The notes: generated from the letters alone by a model not told the origin. A DNA stretch of 64,000 nt from an uncultured virus (IMG/VR IMGVR_UViG_3300027832_001134) (IMGVR_UViG_3300027832_001134); one strand, 5' to 3'; shown: positions 9,921 to 20,852, counted from the first letter of the stretch. A program made the numbers and translations.

Positions 9921-11360
9921 TCAGCCCTCGGTCAGAGACCAGAACCCATATTTCCGTCCATGCTGACTTCTCAACCGGGCAAGATAGGTGTCGTGTGTTT
10001 CGAGTTCACCGAAATCCTCGATCCTCCCGGCCAGCGCCGCGCATTCGGCCAGGTGCTGGGCGGCATAGCCGTAGCGCTTTGATCTGGCCTTCAAAAGTGT
10101 GAAGTCGATCACGGTTCTCAAGGCCAGTGTGGCGGCAAGCGGGTGGCGCTCTGACAGGGCCTCGGCTGCGGGCACAAGAAACTCGTAGTGGTCGCCGTTT
10201 ATCTCACTTCGGCGGTCAATCAAAAGTCGGGCTGCGCGGTCTGGCGATGGCCAGTCCAGGAAGAAGCCCAAGGCCGGCGTCACGCGCGAGTGGGCGGCGG
10301 CGTGGTCCATGGCCCGTTCCTCGGCCTCGATGTCCTCGAAATCGGGAAGCCGCTTTAGAAAATCGCGCAGGTATTCAGAATTTAGAGTGCCCTCGAAACA
10401 GCTCCAACGGAAAGCCTGCGCCTCCTCCTTTCGATCAAGCGCCTCAAGCACGTCTAGTCGAGTGTCCTGCCACTCGCGGGGCACCCAGCGGTCGTTGTCC
10501 ACCTCGGCCCGTTCGATGAAGCCAAGCGAATCCTCTGCCCTGCCAGCGGCAAGCAGGCGCGCCGCTATTTCGGCCGCAATCTTTGGCACCTTCCGCGTTT
10601 TTGGATCGTATTGGGCGATGAAGGCATCCACATCGCCCATCGCATCGGCAATGTCCTTCAGCGCCATCCTCACCATGCTTTGCCGGGAGCGCTCTTCCAT
10701 CTCATGCGCGTAGGTGGTCCCGCCACTGCCATACCCCACTGCCTCCCACTCACCTTTCGGTGGCACGGGAACCGGCGTCGCTGCCATCGTCTCAATCCGC
10801 TGCTTGAGATGCGCCAGCCCAACTTCCCCAAGCGCGGGTGTCAGGATGGCGATCAATCCGTCGTACTGGCCGTAGCCGTTGTCGCGCAGGGCATCAATTG
10901 CCGAGTCAGCCAGTGCTTCCGGCGGCGTCCCGGCGGCAAGTGCGATCTCGCCCAGCAACGCACAGGCGTCGTGAAACACCTCGATGACGATACCACTGCT
11001 GTCATCGCACCGCTCGAACAACGGTGTTGCGACCTGCATGAAGCGCCACAGCAGCGCCAACCCCTCGGCCGGGTCGTCAGGGGCGATCTGTTCCTTGGTC
11101 GCGCGAAGCTGGCTCTCGAGATCGGTGACCAGGGGCTTGCGGTTCTTCCAGTTCACAAAGCTGCGCGCACGGGCGATGCTGCTCAGACGTTTGGCAACTT
11201 CGCGCGCCGCCTCTTTCGGGCTTTGAGCTCCCGCCAGCTCCAGGCGCAACCGCCTCTTGGCCACGGCAGAGCCGGTACTGATTTCGATCAGCAGTTCAGC
11301 CAGACGCGCGGCGCCCAGCGTCTCGAGGTTCTTTACGTTCAGGGTAGTCTTCGATGCCAT
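9921..11360 (-). CDS. DUF6880-like all-helical hypothetical protein
   Basis: 479 aa ORF beginning MASKTTLNVKNLETLGAARLAELL and ending HGRKYGFW, typical of this alphaproteobacterial family. Confidence 0.7.
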   Translation of the reverse strand: MASKTTLNVKNLETLGAARLAELLIEISTGSAVAKRRLRLELAGAQSPKEAAREVAKRLSSIARARSFVNWKNRKPLVTDLESQLRATKEQIAPDDPAEGLALLWRFMQVATPLFERCDDSSGIVIEVFHDACALLGEIALAAGTPPEALADSAIDALRDNGYGQYDGLIAILTPALGEVGLAHLKQRIETMAATPVPVPPKGEWEAVGYGSGGTTYAHEMEERSRQSMVRMALKDIADAMGDVDAFIAQYDPKTRKVPKIAAEIAARLLAAGRAEDSLGFIERAEVDNDRWVPREWQDTRLDVLEALDRKEEAQAFRWSCFEGTLNSEYLRDFLKRLPDFEDIEAEERAMDHAAAHSRVTPALGFFLDWPSPDRAARLLIDRRSEINGDHYEFLVPAAEALSERHPLAATLALRTVIDFTLLKARSKRYGYAAQHLAECAALAGRIEDFGELETHDTYLARLRSQHGRKYGFWSLTEG

Positions 11361-11437
11361 TGGAAACCCGTATCAATTTAGAACCACACTAACAGCGGTG
11401 AGCTACTCCCCGATCTTTGGACAGATTTCCGGCTGAG

Positions 11438-12292
11438 TTAAGCTACTGCCTGCACCTGCTGATCGGTTTCAATGCTTTTGTAGTAGACCACGGCGGGCGG
11501 TTGACCGCCATGGGCGGCGTGGGGCCGCAGATGATTGTAAAAGGTGATCCAGCGTCCGACGCCTGCCCGGGCCTGAGAGCTGGTCTCCCAGGCGTGCAGA
11601 TAGACGCATTCATACTTCAGGGACCGCCAGAGGCGTTCGATGAAGATGTTGTCCAGATAGCGGCCTTTGCCATCCATGGAGATCTTGGTCTTGGCCCGCT
11701 TCAACCGGTCGGTCCAGTCGAAGGAGGTGAACTGGCTGCCTTGATCGGTATTCATGATCTCGGGCGGACCGAACTTGTGGATGGCCTCATTCAGCGCCTC
11801 GAGGCAGAACTCGGCCTCCAGCGTGTTCGAGATGCGCCAGGCCAGCACCTTGCGCGTGAACCAGTCCATGATGGCCACGAGATATAGGAAGCCCCTGCGC
11901 ATTGGCAAATAGGTGATGTCGGCGCACCAGACCTGATTGGACCTGTCGATCCGCAGCCCGGCCAGCAGGTAGGGGTAGATCTTGTGCCCCTTTGCAGGCT
12001 TGCTGGTGTTGGGTTTCTGATAGATCGGCATCAAGCGCATGAGGCGCATCAGCCGCCGGATACGCTTTTCGTTTACGGCATGGCCCTCGTTCTGGAAGTG
12101 CCGTGTCATTTGCCGGACGCCATAGAACGGCGTCTCCAAAAACTGCTTGTCGATTAACAGCATGAGGTCGAGGTTCATCGCGGTCTCGCCCTGGGGGGCG
12201 TAATAGAATGACGACCGCGAGATCGACAGCAACTGACATTGCGCCCCGACCGAGAGCTTGGGATGGGTCCGTTCGATCATGCCCCGCCTCAC
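11438..12292 (-). CDS. IS3 transposase OrfB (DDE)
   Basis: [30 protein letters not shown]. Confidence 0.93.
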   Translation of the reverse strand: MRRGMIERTHPKLSVGAQCQLLSISRSSFYYAPQGETAMNLDLMLLIDKQFLETPFYGVRQMTRHFQNEGHAVNEKRIRRLMRLMRLMPIYQKPNTSKPAKGHKIYPYLLAGLRIDRSNQVWCADITYLPMRRGFLYLVAIMDWFTRKVLAWRISNTLEAEFCLEALNEAIHKFGPPEIMNTDQGSQFTSFDWTDRLKRAKTKISMDGKGRYLDNIFIERLWRSLKYECVYLHAWETSSQARAGVGRWITFYNHLRPHAAHGGQPPAVVYYKSIETDQQVQAVA

Positions 12293-12588
12293 TTCCCGCT
12301 CCAGGGCTTGAGCTTTCGTGACAAAAAATCGTTGGCGACGGCCAGCTCTCCGATCTTGGCATGCAGATCACGGACCGTGTCCTCAGCAATCTCGGCCGCA
12401 GCCGCAACCTTGCCGCCACGCTCAAAGATGCCCGCTGCCCCTTCCAGCAGCGCCTTCTTCCATTGATGGATCATCGTCGGATGGACCTCATAGGCGGTCG
12501 CCAACTCCGACACGGTGCGCTCGCCTTTCAGCGCCTCCAACGCCACCCGCGCCTTGAACGCTGCGTCGTGGTTCCTGCGTTTCGACAT
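12289..12588 (-). CDS. IS3 transposase OrfA (HTH)
   Basis: [22 protein letters not shown]; overlaps orfB. Confidence 0.92.
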   Translation of the reverse strand: MSKRRNHDAAFKARVALEALKGERTVSELATAYEVHPTMIHQWKKALLEGAAGIFERGGKVAAAAEIAEDTVRDLHAKIGELAVANDFLSRKLKPWSGK

Positions 12589-12861
12589 GTTCTGTTCTCC
12601 TCGTTCTTGGAGACCAGCAGACGTCAGATCGTAGCTTCCGTCACTGTCCGATTTTCGGGGGGTAGCTCAGCGGTATGCGACGAACGAAACGCCAACACTG
12701 ATTCGGTGCCAATATCGGTTTGAGTTCCGACAGACTACTGTTTTACCGCTAGAACGGCTACGCAGCTTTTCCTTTTATTACGCAATTTCAATGTGTTCGT
12801 TGACTGTGCGCAAATGATGACCACTGTAAGGGCCAGCCATCATCATTGCGCAGGACCACTC

Positions 12862-14016
12862 ATGCCAAAACTGACCAAACGCACTGTCGATGCTATTGAG
12901 CCGCAGGCGACGGAGTTCTTCATCTGGGACGAGAGCATTCCCGGCTTCGGGTTGCGCGTGATGCCAAGTGGGCGCAAAAGCTTCGTGGTGCAGTATCGCG
13001 CAGGGCGACGACCGCGACGCATGAGCCTCGGGCCCAGCACTGTGCTGACCTGCGATCAGGCGCGCACCCGGGCGATCACGATCATCGCCGCCGTCAAGAA
13101 CGGCGAAGATCCTGCGGCTGATCGTGCCGCCAAGCGCAACGCCGCCACCGTCAGCGATCTGGCGGAGCGCTTCGACAAGGAACACATCGCGGTGCGCCTG
13201 AAAGCCAGCACTGCGAAGGAATATCGCGGCAACCTCAGGCGATTCATCTTGCCCGCACTCGGCCGATTGGCTGTGCCAGAAATTACCCGCGCCGATGTGG
13301 CGAAGTTCCATCACGATCTTCGACACATTCCCTATCAGGCAAATCGATGCCTCGAGGTGGTTTCCAAGATGTTCGTGCTGGCGGAGATGTGGGGGCTGCG
13401 ACCCGACGGTTCCAACCCGCGCAAGCACATCCGGAAATACCCAGAAGAGAAGCGTGAGCGGTTTCTCAGCGCCGCAGAGCTGCGCCGGATCGGCGAAGTG
13501 CTGCGAGAAATGGAAAGCGAGCGCGTCGAGTTGTCATCCGCAATTCTGGCGGCGCGGCTGCTGATCCTTTCAGGATGCCGTCTTGGCGAAATCATGACCC
13601 TGAAGTGGGAATACATCGACTTTCACGAGTGCGCCCTGCGCCTGCCGGATTCCAAAACCGGCAAGAAAATAGTTCATCTCGGCGCGCCTGCTGTCGAATA
13701 CCTGCACGACGCGCAACGCATTGATGGCAACCCTTGGGTCATCACCGGCACGCTGACGGGCAAACCGCTCAACGACCTGCAGCCGTTCTGGCAACGCGTC
13801 CGGGCCCGCGCTGGGGTCAAGGATGTCCGGATCCACGACCTGCGCCATACTTTTGCGTCTACGGCCGTAGCCTCAGGTCAAGGCCTACCTATGATCGGCA
13901 AGCTGCTGGGCCACACGCAGGTCCAGACAACCGCGCGCTATGCGCATCTTGCTGCGGATCCTATTAGGAGCGCTGCTGACTCCGTCGCGACTTCGTTGCG
14001 CGAAGCACTCGGATAA
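12862..14016 (+). CDS. Tyrosine integrase with N-terminal arm-binding domain
   Basis: WDESIPGFGLRV arm domain; catalytic SGCR, K of DSKTG, HDLRH, LGH and TARY. Confidence 0.93.
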   Translation: MPKLTKRTVDAIEPQATEFFIWDESIPGFGLRVMPSGRKSFVVQYRAGRRPRRMSLGPSTVLTCDQARTRAITIIAAVKNGEDPAADRAAKRNAATVSDLAERFDKEHIAVRLKASTAKEYRGNLRRFILPALGRLAVPEITRADVAKFHHDLRHIPYQANRCLEVVSKMFVLAEMWGLRPDGSNPRKHIRKYPEEKRERFLSAAELRRIGEVLREMESERVELSSAILAARLLILSGCRLGEIMTLKWEYIDFHECALRLPDSKTGKKIVHLGAPAVEYLHDAQRIDGNPWVITGTLTGKPLNDLQPFWQRVRARAGVKDVRIHDLRHTFASTAVASGQGLPMIGKLLGHTQVQTTARYAHLAADPIRSAADSVATSLREALG

Positions 14017-14134
14017 ATCCTGCGCATAACCTCTTGCTTTTTCGATTGAACGCAATGCCACTCCCCGCTAGCGTACGGACAGCACAATAAATGGGCGCGC
14101 ATATTAATCAAACGTGTCGAGTCAGGAGTGCGAA

Positions 14135-14995
14135 GTGGATAACGACAAGTCGGAGCTTCGTTGGGGAGTCGCGCAGCGCCTCGAGTTCATCGAGTTTCGA
14201 TTGTTTTGGGAGGGGCATGTGAACCGCAGCGATTTGATGGAGCAGTTCGGGCTATCGGTGAACCAGGCGTCCGCCGACCTGAATCGCTACATTGGTTTCG
14301 CCCCGAACAACATGATCTATGACAAGAGCGCGCGGACGTACGTCCGTGGTTCCGACTATGCTGCAGAGTTCCTGAAGCCTGACGCCAGCCGCTACCTCGC
14401 GCAGCTGCGGTCTTTGGCCGATGGCATCTTGGACAGCGACGATACTTGGATCGCCGAACTGCCGTCATATGATGCTGCGCCAACTCCCACTCGCGGCGTG
14501 AACCCTGTCACTTTGCGATCCGTTGTCGGTGCCATTCGCCGCTCAGAGGCCATCGAGGTGAAGTACCAGTCCCTCTCGCGCCCCGAGCCGAGCTGGCGGT
14601 GGATCGCGCCTCACGCCATCGGGTTTGATGGCTTTAGATGGCATACCCGGGCATTTTGTAAGAGTGACGAGGTCTTCAAGGACTTCCTGCTTTCGCGCAT
14701 CCTCCAGACGCGCGGTGTTGAAGCAAGCAGAGCCACGGATGCGGCAGATGCGGATTGGCAAGAGCACGTCACGCTTGAGATTGCCCCCCACCCTGAACTC
14801 TCCGATAACCAGAAGAAGGTGATCGCGCTCGACTATGGGATGCGCGGGGGCAAGGCGAAGATCAAGGTTCGACGCGCTCTGCTCTACTACGCGCTCAAGC
14901 GTCTCGGGCTCGACACTGATCCAGCTGCGCGGCAACCACAGGATCAGCAGATCGTTCTTCTAAATCGCGAGGTCCTCGATGAAAATCATCGATAA
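14135..14995 (+). CDS. WYL-domain transcriptional regulator (BrxR/CapW-like)
   Basis: RLEFIEFRLFWEGHVNRSDL wHTH; YQSLSRP..IAPH..FRWHTRAFC..FKDFLLSRI WYL domain; RBS AGGAG before GTG 14135. Confidence 0.9.
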   Translation: MDNDKSELRWGVAQRLEFIEFRLFWEGHVNRSDLMEQFGLSVNQASADLNRYIGFAPNNMIYDKSARTYVRGSDYAAEFLKPDASRYLAQLRSLADGILDSDDTWIAELPSYDAAPTPTRGVNPVTLRSVVGAIRRSEAIEVKYQSLSRPEPSWRWIAPHAIGFDGFRWHTRAFCKSDEVFKDFLLSRILQTRGVEASRATDAADADWQEHVTLEIAPHPELSDNQKKVIALDYGMRGGKAKIKVRRALLYYALKRLGLDTDPAARQPQDQQIVLLNREVLDENHR

Positions 14996-17900
14996 CACCT
15001 CTCAGCTCCTTGGTGACGACCTCAAGGACACAATGTCGCGCGGATCGCGTCTTAAAATCGCTGCGTCATGTTTCTCCATTTATGCATTCGAGGCGTTGAA
15101 AGCAGAGCTGACGAAGGTGGACAGCCTGCAGTTCATATTCACCTCGCCCACTTTTGTGCCGACCGACGTAACTGATCGTCTTCGGAAAGAACGACGTGAA
15201 TTCTTCATCCCAAAGGCGCGCCGTGAAAGTGGCCTTTATGGAACCGAATTTGAAATTCAGCTTCGCAATAAGCTGACGCAGCGAGCGGTAGCCCGTGAGT
15301 GTGCGGCGTGGATCCGGAAGAAGGCAAAGTTCAAATCCAATACGTCGAAAGCACCCATGCAGCAATTTATGCATGTGAACAGCCCTGCCGACGGCGTCGC
15401 CTACATGCCCATCAGCGGTTTCACGGCAGTCGATCTTGGCTACCAAAAGGGCGACGCCGTTTCCAATTTCGTGACGAAGTTCGACGACCCCAATCACTCG
15501 CAGATGTATCTTCAACTTTTCAATCAGATTTGGGCGGACCCAGAGAAGGTCAAAGACGTCACGGACGCGATCTGTGATCATATCGAGTCGGTCTACCAGG
15601 AGAATTCGCCTGAGCGCATCTACTTCATGATGCTTTACAACATCTTCCAGGATTTTCTGGAGGATATCGACGAAGACGTTCTGCCAAATGATCTTACCGG
15701 CTATCAGGACAGCCTTGTCTGGAACAAGTTGTTCAACTTCCAGAAGGATGCGGCAACCGGGATCATCAACAAGCTGGAAACATACAACGGCTGCATTCTG
15801 GCGGACAGCGTTGGCTTGGGAAAAACGTTCACTGCGCTCGCTGTCGTCAAGTATTATGAGCTGCGCAACCGTTCTGTCTTGGTGCTTTGCCCAAAGAAAC
15901 TCGCCGACAACTGGCGGAACTACAACACCAATCTGACGACGAACATTTTTGCGAAGGACCGGTTCAACTATGATGTCCTCTGCCACACGGACCTGTCGAG
16001 GACCTCGGGCGAGTCATTCGGGATCCCGCTAAACCGAATAAATTGGGGGAATTATGATCTCGTTGTAATCGACGAATCTCACAACTTCCGGAACAATGAC
16101 GTCTACAAGGATCGCGAGACCCGCTACCAGAAGCTGATGAATAAGGTCATCCGCGCTGGCGTGAAGACCAAGGTCCTCATGTTGTCAGCGACGCCCGTAA
16201 ACAACCGATTTACCGATCTTCGCAATCAGCTTGCCCTCGCATATGAAGGACAGTCTGAAGGCTTAAGCCGGAACTTAAAGACCAATACGAGCGTTGAAGA
16301 GATTTTTAGGCGAGCCCAAAAGGCATTTAACGCCTGGACCCTTCTGCCCCCGGATGAACGAAACGCTGCATCAATTTTGAAGGCGCTCGACTTCGATTTT
16401 TTCGAGCTTCTCGACGCAGTCACGATTGCCCGCTCGCGCAAGCATATCGAGACTTTTTACGATACCAAGGACATCGGTAAGTTCCCCCAACGGCTGAAAC
16501 CATTATCTTATCATTGCCCGATCACGAAGCGTGATGACGTTATGGGGCTGAATGAGATTTTTGAGCAGCTTTCAGTTCTCAAGCTCTCCGTTTACGCCCC
16601 GATTAGCTACATCCTTCCAAGCCGCCTTCGTAAGTACGAAGAGATCTACGATACACAGGTCGAAGGGGGGCGCGGCAAGCTACGTCAGGCCGACCGTGAG
16701 CGCAGCCTGCAAGCATTGATGACGACCAATTTACTCAAGCGTCTGGAAAGCTCGGTCGAGGCGTTCCGGCTAACTCTGCGTGCCCTAGGTGCAAACATTT
16801 CGCGCACCTTGACTGCGATCGATGGGTTCGAGCGATCGAGAGGTACGCAAAGCGTCAGCGACTACCTTGCCGACGTTGAAACGTTGGACGCTGAAGATGA
16901 GGAACTCGAAGGCCTCAATGAGTTCACGGTCGGAAAAAAGGTCCAGATAAGTCTGGCCGACATGGACCTACCGTCTTGGAAGCATGACCTCCAGGCCGAT
17001 CTATTTCTGATCGATGAGCTTGTCGCGTCCATGGACAAGGTCTTGCCAGAAGACGATGCGAAGCTTCAGCACTTGAAGAATGTGATCGCCCGCAAGGTTG
17101 GCGAGCCGCTGAACCCTGGCAACAAGAAAGTTCTGATATTCAGTGCCTTTGCCGATACGGCAAATTATCTATTCGCAAACCTTTCACCCTTCGCAAAGGA
17201 TCTCGGGTTGCATACCGGGAAGGTGACTGGCTCTGATTCACCCAAGACCACTCTGAAGAAGAGCTATGATTTCCAAGGCGTTTTGACGCTGTTTTCGCCC
17301 CGCTCGAAGGAAAAGGACGTCATTCTGCCGGACGAGCCAGCAGAGATAGACATTCTGATTGGCACGGACTGTATCTCCGAAGGTCAGAACCTTCAGGACT
17401 GCGATTATCTGATCAACTACGACATCCACTGGAACCCGGTGCGCATCATTCAGCGCTACGGTCGTATTGACCGCATCGGCTCACCTAATTCGCAGATCCA
17501 GCTGGTAAACTATTGGCCCGACATTTCGCTCGACGAATACATCAACCTCAAGGAGCGCGTGGAAAACCGGATGGTGATCGCCGACATGGTGGGTACCGGT
17601 GACGACAACGTCCTGACGGCCAAAAGTGGCGACATCGCCTACCGCAAGGATCAGCTCAAACGCCTGCAGGAAGAGGTCATCGATCTTGAAGACGTCAAGA
17701 CGGGTGTCTCGATCACTGACCTTGGCCTGAACGACTTCCGAATGGATCTGCTCAACTACGCCAATCAGCACGACGAGCTCGACAACCTGCCGAACGGCAT
17801 GCATGCCGTGGTACCGGCGCAGGACCAAATGGGGCTCCGTCCCGGCGTGATCTTTGCGCTAAAAAACATCCACGATACCGTGAACATCAACCAGCAGAAC

Positions 17901-18251
17901 CGGCTCCACCCCTTCTATCTGATCTACATCGCCGACGATGGCGAAATCATTGCTGACCATACCGAGGTCAAACGCCTGCTCGACCTGATCCGGACCAGCT
18001 GCAAGGGCCGCTCGATCCCTGTCCCCGACGTATGCCGCACGTTCAACGAGCGCACCGAAGACGGCCGAAAGATGGAGCATTATTCCGGGCTTCTGAGCGC
18101 GGCGATCCGCTCCATGATCGAAGTGAAAGAAGAAAAGGATCTCGACAGCCTGTTCAGCGGCGGTCGCACGACCGCGCTGACCCACACCATCGCCGGGCTT
18201 GATGACTTCGAGCTGATCGGCTTCCTGGTGATCGAGGACAGCGTCGCATGA
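14979..18251 (+). CDS. SNF2-like superfamily 2 helicase with PLD-like N-terminal domain
   Basis: ADSVGLGKT, VIDESH, SATP, SEGQNLQ, QRYGRIDR motifs. Confidence 0.88.
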   Translation: MKIIDNTSQLLGDDLKDTMSRGSRLKIAASCFSIYAFEALKAELTKVDSLQFIFTSPTFVPTDVTDRLRKERREFFIPKARRESGLYGTEFEIQLRNKLTQRAVARECAAWIRKKAKFKSNTSKAPMQQFMHVNSPADGVAYMPISGFTAVDLGYQKGDAVSNFVTKFDDPNHSQMYLQLFNQIWADPEKVKDVTDAICDHIESVYQENSPERIYFMMLYNIFQDFLEDIDEDVLPNDLTGYQDSLVWNKLFNFQKDAATGIINKLETYNGCILADSVGLGKTFTALAVVKYYELRNRSVLVLCPKKLADNWRNYNTNLTTNIFAKDRFNYDVLCHTDLSRTSGESFGIPLNRINWGNYDLVVIDESHNFRNNDVYKDRETRYQKLMNKVIRAGVKTKVLMLSATPVNNRFTDLRNQLALAYEGQSEGLSRNLKTNTSVEEIFRRAQKAFNAWTLLPPDERNAASILKALDFDFFELLDAVTIARSRKHIETFYDTKDIGKFPQRLKPLSYHCPITKRDDVMGLNEIFEQLSVLKLSVYAPISYILPSRLRKYEEIYDTQVEGGRGKLRQADRERSLQALMTTNLLKRLESSVEAFRLTLRALGANISRTLTAIDGFERSRGTQSVSDYLADVETLDAEDEELEGLNEFTVGKKVQISLADMDLPSWKHDLQADLFLIDELVASMDKVLPEDDAKLQHLKNVIARKVGEPLNPGNKKVLIFSAFADTANYLFANLSPFAKDLGLHTGKVTGSDSPKTTLKKSYDFQGVLTLFSPRSKEKDVILPDEPAEIDILIGTDCISEGQNLQDCDYLINYDIHWNPVRIIQRYGRIDRIGSPNSQIQLVNYWPDISLDEYINLKERVENRMVIADMVGTGDDNVLTAKSGDIAYRKDQLKRLQEEVIDLEDVKTGVSITDLGLNDFRMDLLNYANQHDELDNLPNGMHAVVPAQDQMGLRPGVIFALKNIHDTVNINQQNRLHPFYLIYIADDGEIIADHTEVKRLLDLIRTSCKGRSIPVPDVCRTFNERTEDGRKMEHYSGLLSAAIRSMIEVKEEKDLDSLFSGGRTTALTHTIAGLDDFELIGFLVIEDSVA

Positions 18252-18955
18252 CAGGCTTCTTCGACTATCCCAAAAGCACCGCGTTCGGCCGGGTTCTGCC
18301 CAAGAACAAGATCTACGAGCACGCAGGCGCGAACACCGCCCTCAAGGATCTGTTCGTGCGTGAGGTTGATCAGATCGTCTGGCGCTACAAGCTCGCGCCG
18401 GAAACGATCAACCTGGGTGCTACCAAATCGGTGGCCGAAATTCAGGTCTTCGACATATCGCTGAAAACCGGCAAGCTGGACGAGGCCGTGCTGCGCGCCA
18501 TCGACAAGGCCATTCCCTTTCCCCTGATCTTCGAGCTGAGCCATGGCGGCAAACGCAGGGCCATGGCGGCCTACAAGCGGCCAAGCGAGGCCGACAGCGC
18601 GAAGTGGGTGATTAGCGAGTATTTCGCCACCGACTGGGTGGCCGACACCGCCGCCAGGTCGCCCTTGCCGGTCGCGCTCAACCTCAGTGGGCTTTATAAC
18701 GCGCTTCTGTCCGGTTTGATGCCACAACAGGTTCAGGCCGTGCCCGGACAGAACGCCGAAGACATTCAGGCCCGCGTCGACCGGATGGAGGCGATCCGCG
18801 CCAAGACACGAGACGTCGAACGGATCAAGGCGCGGCTGGCGCGCGAGAAGCAATTCAACAAGCGCGTGGCGATCAACGCAGAGCTGCGCGCGGCGAAATT
18901 GGAATTAGAACGGCTCACCGGGGCGACCGCCCAACCGGCCGCACAGAGTGAGTGA
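18248..18955 (+). CDS. DUF4391 family protein
   Basis: FGRVLPKNKIY..WRYKLAPETINL..IDKAIP..EKQFNKRVAIN; position between helicase and mod. Confidence 0.82.
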   Translation: MTGFFDYPKSTAFGRVLPKNKIYEHAGANTALKDLFVREVDQIVWRYKLAPETINLGATKSVAEIQVFDISLKTGKLDEAVLRAIDKAIPFPLIFELSHGGKRRAMAAYKRPSEADSAKWVISEYFATDWVADTAARSPLPVALNLSGLYNALLSGLMPQQVQAVPGQNAEDIQARVDRMEAIRAKTRDVERIKARLAREKQFNKRVAINAELRAAKLELERLTGATAQPAAQSE

Positions 18956-18968
18956 GAGGACGACGAGC

Positions 18969-20852
18969 ATGGACAAGATGAAATTGCACAGCCCCGATCT
19001 GAGCCAGGATAACGTCGCCAAAATCCGAGATCTGTTCCCTGGTTGCGTTACCGAAGCTGCCGACGAGAATGGCAAGCTGCGGTTGGCGGTGGACTTCGAT
19101 CAGCTGCACCAAGAGCTGAGCGACCACATCGTAGAAGGTGGACAGGAGAGGTATCGGCTTGATTGGCCGGGCAAGCGGGAAGCGCTGGCGCTTGCGAACG
19201 CTCCCATCGCTAAAACGCTGCGCCCCGCGCGCGAGGAAAGCGTGGATTTCGACACCACCCAGAACCTGTTCATTGAAGGCGACAACCTAGATGCGCTGAA
19301 ACTGCTGCAGGAGACATATCTGGGCAAGGTCAAGATGATCTACATCGACCCGCCGTATAACACGGGGAATGACTTCATTTATGAGGATGATTTTGCAGAG
19401 AGTTCTGCCGAGTTTCTGGAGCGGTCAAATCAGAAGGATGATGAAGGAAATCGGATGGTCGCGAATACGGCTGCCAATGGTCGATTTCACTCTGATTGGA
19501 TGAGTATGATGTATCCGCGATTGTACTTAGCTCGAAACCTGCTTCGCGATGACGGTGTAATTTTCATCACCATTGACGATCACGAAGAATCGAATCTCAC
19601 GCTACTCTGCGATCAGGTTTTTGGTCGGGAGAATTTTCGTGCCAAAATTTCATGGCAGAAGAAGTATTCCGTGAGCAACAACTTCAAGGGCGTCGCCTCA
19701 ATTAGAGACTTTATCTTAGTCTATTCAAAAAGTGAGGCGTTTCAGAATGGATTACTTCCTCGTTCGGAAGAATCGAAAGCTCGGTACATTAATCCAGACA
19801 ATGATCCTAGAGGGCCTTGGAAAGCAGTCGACTACTGGAATGTTGCCTCTGTGGAGGCAAGACCCAATCTTGTTTATGAAATCGTAAATCCAAATACAAG
19901 GAAAAATTTGTACCCCGAGAAGAAGGCTTGGAAGTATTCCAAGGAGGTGCATGACGAACACGTCAAGGACAACAAGATTTGGTGGGGAAAGAACGGCGAC
20001 AACAAAGTTCCAGCCTTGAAGCTTTTTTTAACAGACGTAAAAGACGGAATGATTCCTCATAACTGGTGGCCGTACGAGGAGGCGGGGCACACGGATGAGG
20101 CCAAGAAATACGTTGATAAACTGTTTGGCGGCTCTTCACCATTCGACACACCCAAGCCTCTGAAATTATTGGAGAGAATACTTCAAATCGCGGGAGTCCA
20201 GTCGAGCGATCTGGTGCTGGATTTCTTTGCCGGTTCATGCACCACTGCCGAGGCAGTTATACGATTTTCGGAAAGTAACGGCACTCACCTCAAATACATT
20301 ATGATGCAGCTGCCAGAATTATGTCCCGAGAAATCCGAGGCTTCCAAACAGGGCTTTGAAAATATTGCAGATGTCGGCAAAGAACGCATACGCCGCGCAG
20401 GTCAAAAGATCCTCGGAGGGGAGTGTCACCCCAATTGGAACAAGGATGTTGGCTTCCGCGTCCTGAAGATCGACACGTCGAACATGGAGGACGTCTACTA
20501 CCGTCCCGACGAGGTTAAACAGGCCGACCTGCTCACCGCAGTTGACAATATCAAGCCGGACCGCACGGCCGAAGACCTTCTCTTCCAGGTGCTGGTAGAT
20601 TGGGGTGTCGACCTGACGCTGCCCATCCGCCGCGAGACCGTACAGGGCAAGACGGTGTTCATCGTCGACGACAACGCGCTGGTTGCCTGCTTTGACACTG
20701 GCATCACCGAGGATTTGGTGAAGGAGCTGGCCGGGCATGAACCGCTGCGCGTCGTGTTCCGCGACAACGGCTTCGTCTCGGATGCGGTGAAGATCAACGT
20801 CGAACAGATCTTCCGCCAGCTCTCTCCCACCACCGACGTCAAAACGATTTAA
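18969..20852 (+). CDS. mod: Type III R-M methyltransferase subunit Mod (copy 1)
   Basis: LFIEGDNL, IYIDPPYNTG, HSDW, FDTPKP, LDFFAGS motifs. Confidence 0.93.
   Translation: MDKMKLHSPDLSQDNVAKIRDLFPGCVTEAADENGKLRLAVDFDQLHQELSDHIVEGGQERYRLDWPGKREALALANAPIAKTLRPAREESVDFDTTQNLFIEGDNLDALKLLQETYLGKVKMIYIDPPYNTGNDFIYEDDFAESSAEFLERSNQKDDEGNRMVANTAANGRFHSDWMSMMYPRLYLARNLLRDDGVIFITIDDHEESNLTLLCDQVFGRENFRAKISWQKKYSVSNNFKGVASIRDFILVYSKSEAFQNGLLPRSEESKARYINPDNDPRGPWKAVDYWNVASVEARPNLVYEIVNPNTRKNLYPEKKAWKYSKEVHDEHVKDNKIWWGKNGDNKVPALKLFLTDVKDGMIPHNWWPYEEAGHTDEAKKYVDKLFGGSSPFDTPKPLKLLERILQIAGVQSSDLVLDFFAGSCTTAEAVIRFSESNGTHLKYIMMQLPELCPEKSEASKQGFENIADVGKERIRRAGQKILGGECHPNWNKDVGFRVLKIDTSNMEDVYYRPDEVKQADLLTAVDNIKPDRTAEDLLFQVLVDWGVDLTLPIRRETVQGKTVFIVDDNALVACFDTGITEDLVKELAGHEPLRVVFRDNGFVSDAVKINVEQIFRQLSPTTDVKTI
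20436..20812 (+). repeat. Direct repeat copy 1 (3' end of mod1)
   Basis: Highly similar to 22865-23241 at constant offset 2429; 97 bp identical (20716-20812). Confidence 0.93.

Larger units (their letters stand above)
11399..12669 (-). mobile_element. IS3-family insertion sequence with 4-bp target duplication GCGG
   Basis: Ends TGAGCTACTCCCCGA..GGACAG and CTGTCC..TCGGGGGGTAGCTCA; GCGG at 11395-11398 and 12670-12673. Confidence 0.95.

Noticed and set aside
12657..12676. GGGGGGTAGCTCAGCGGTA looks like a tRNA 5' end/D-arm next to an integrase
   Set aside because: It is the IS3 terminal repeat plus the GCGG target duplication; no anticodon or T arm follows
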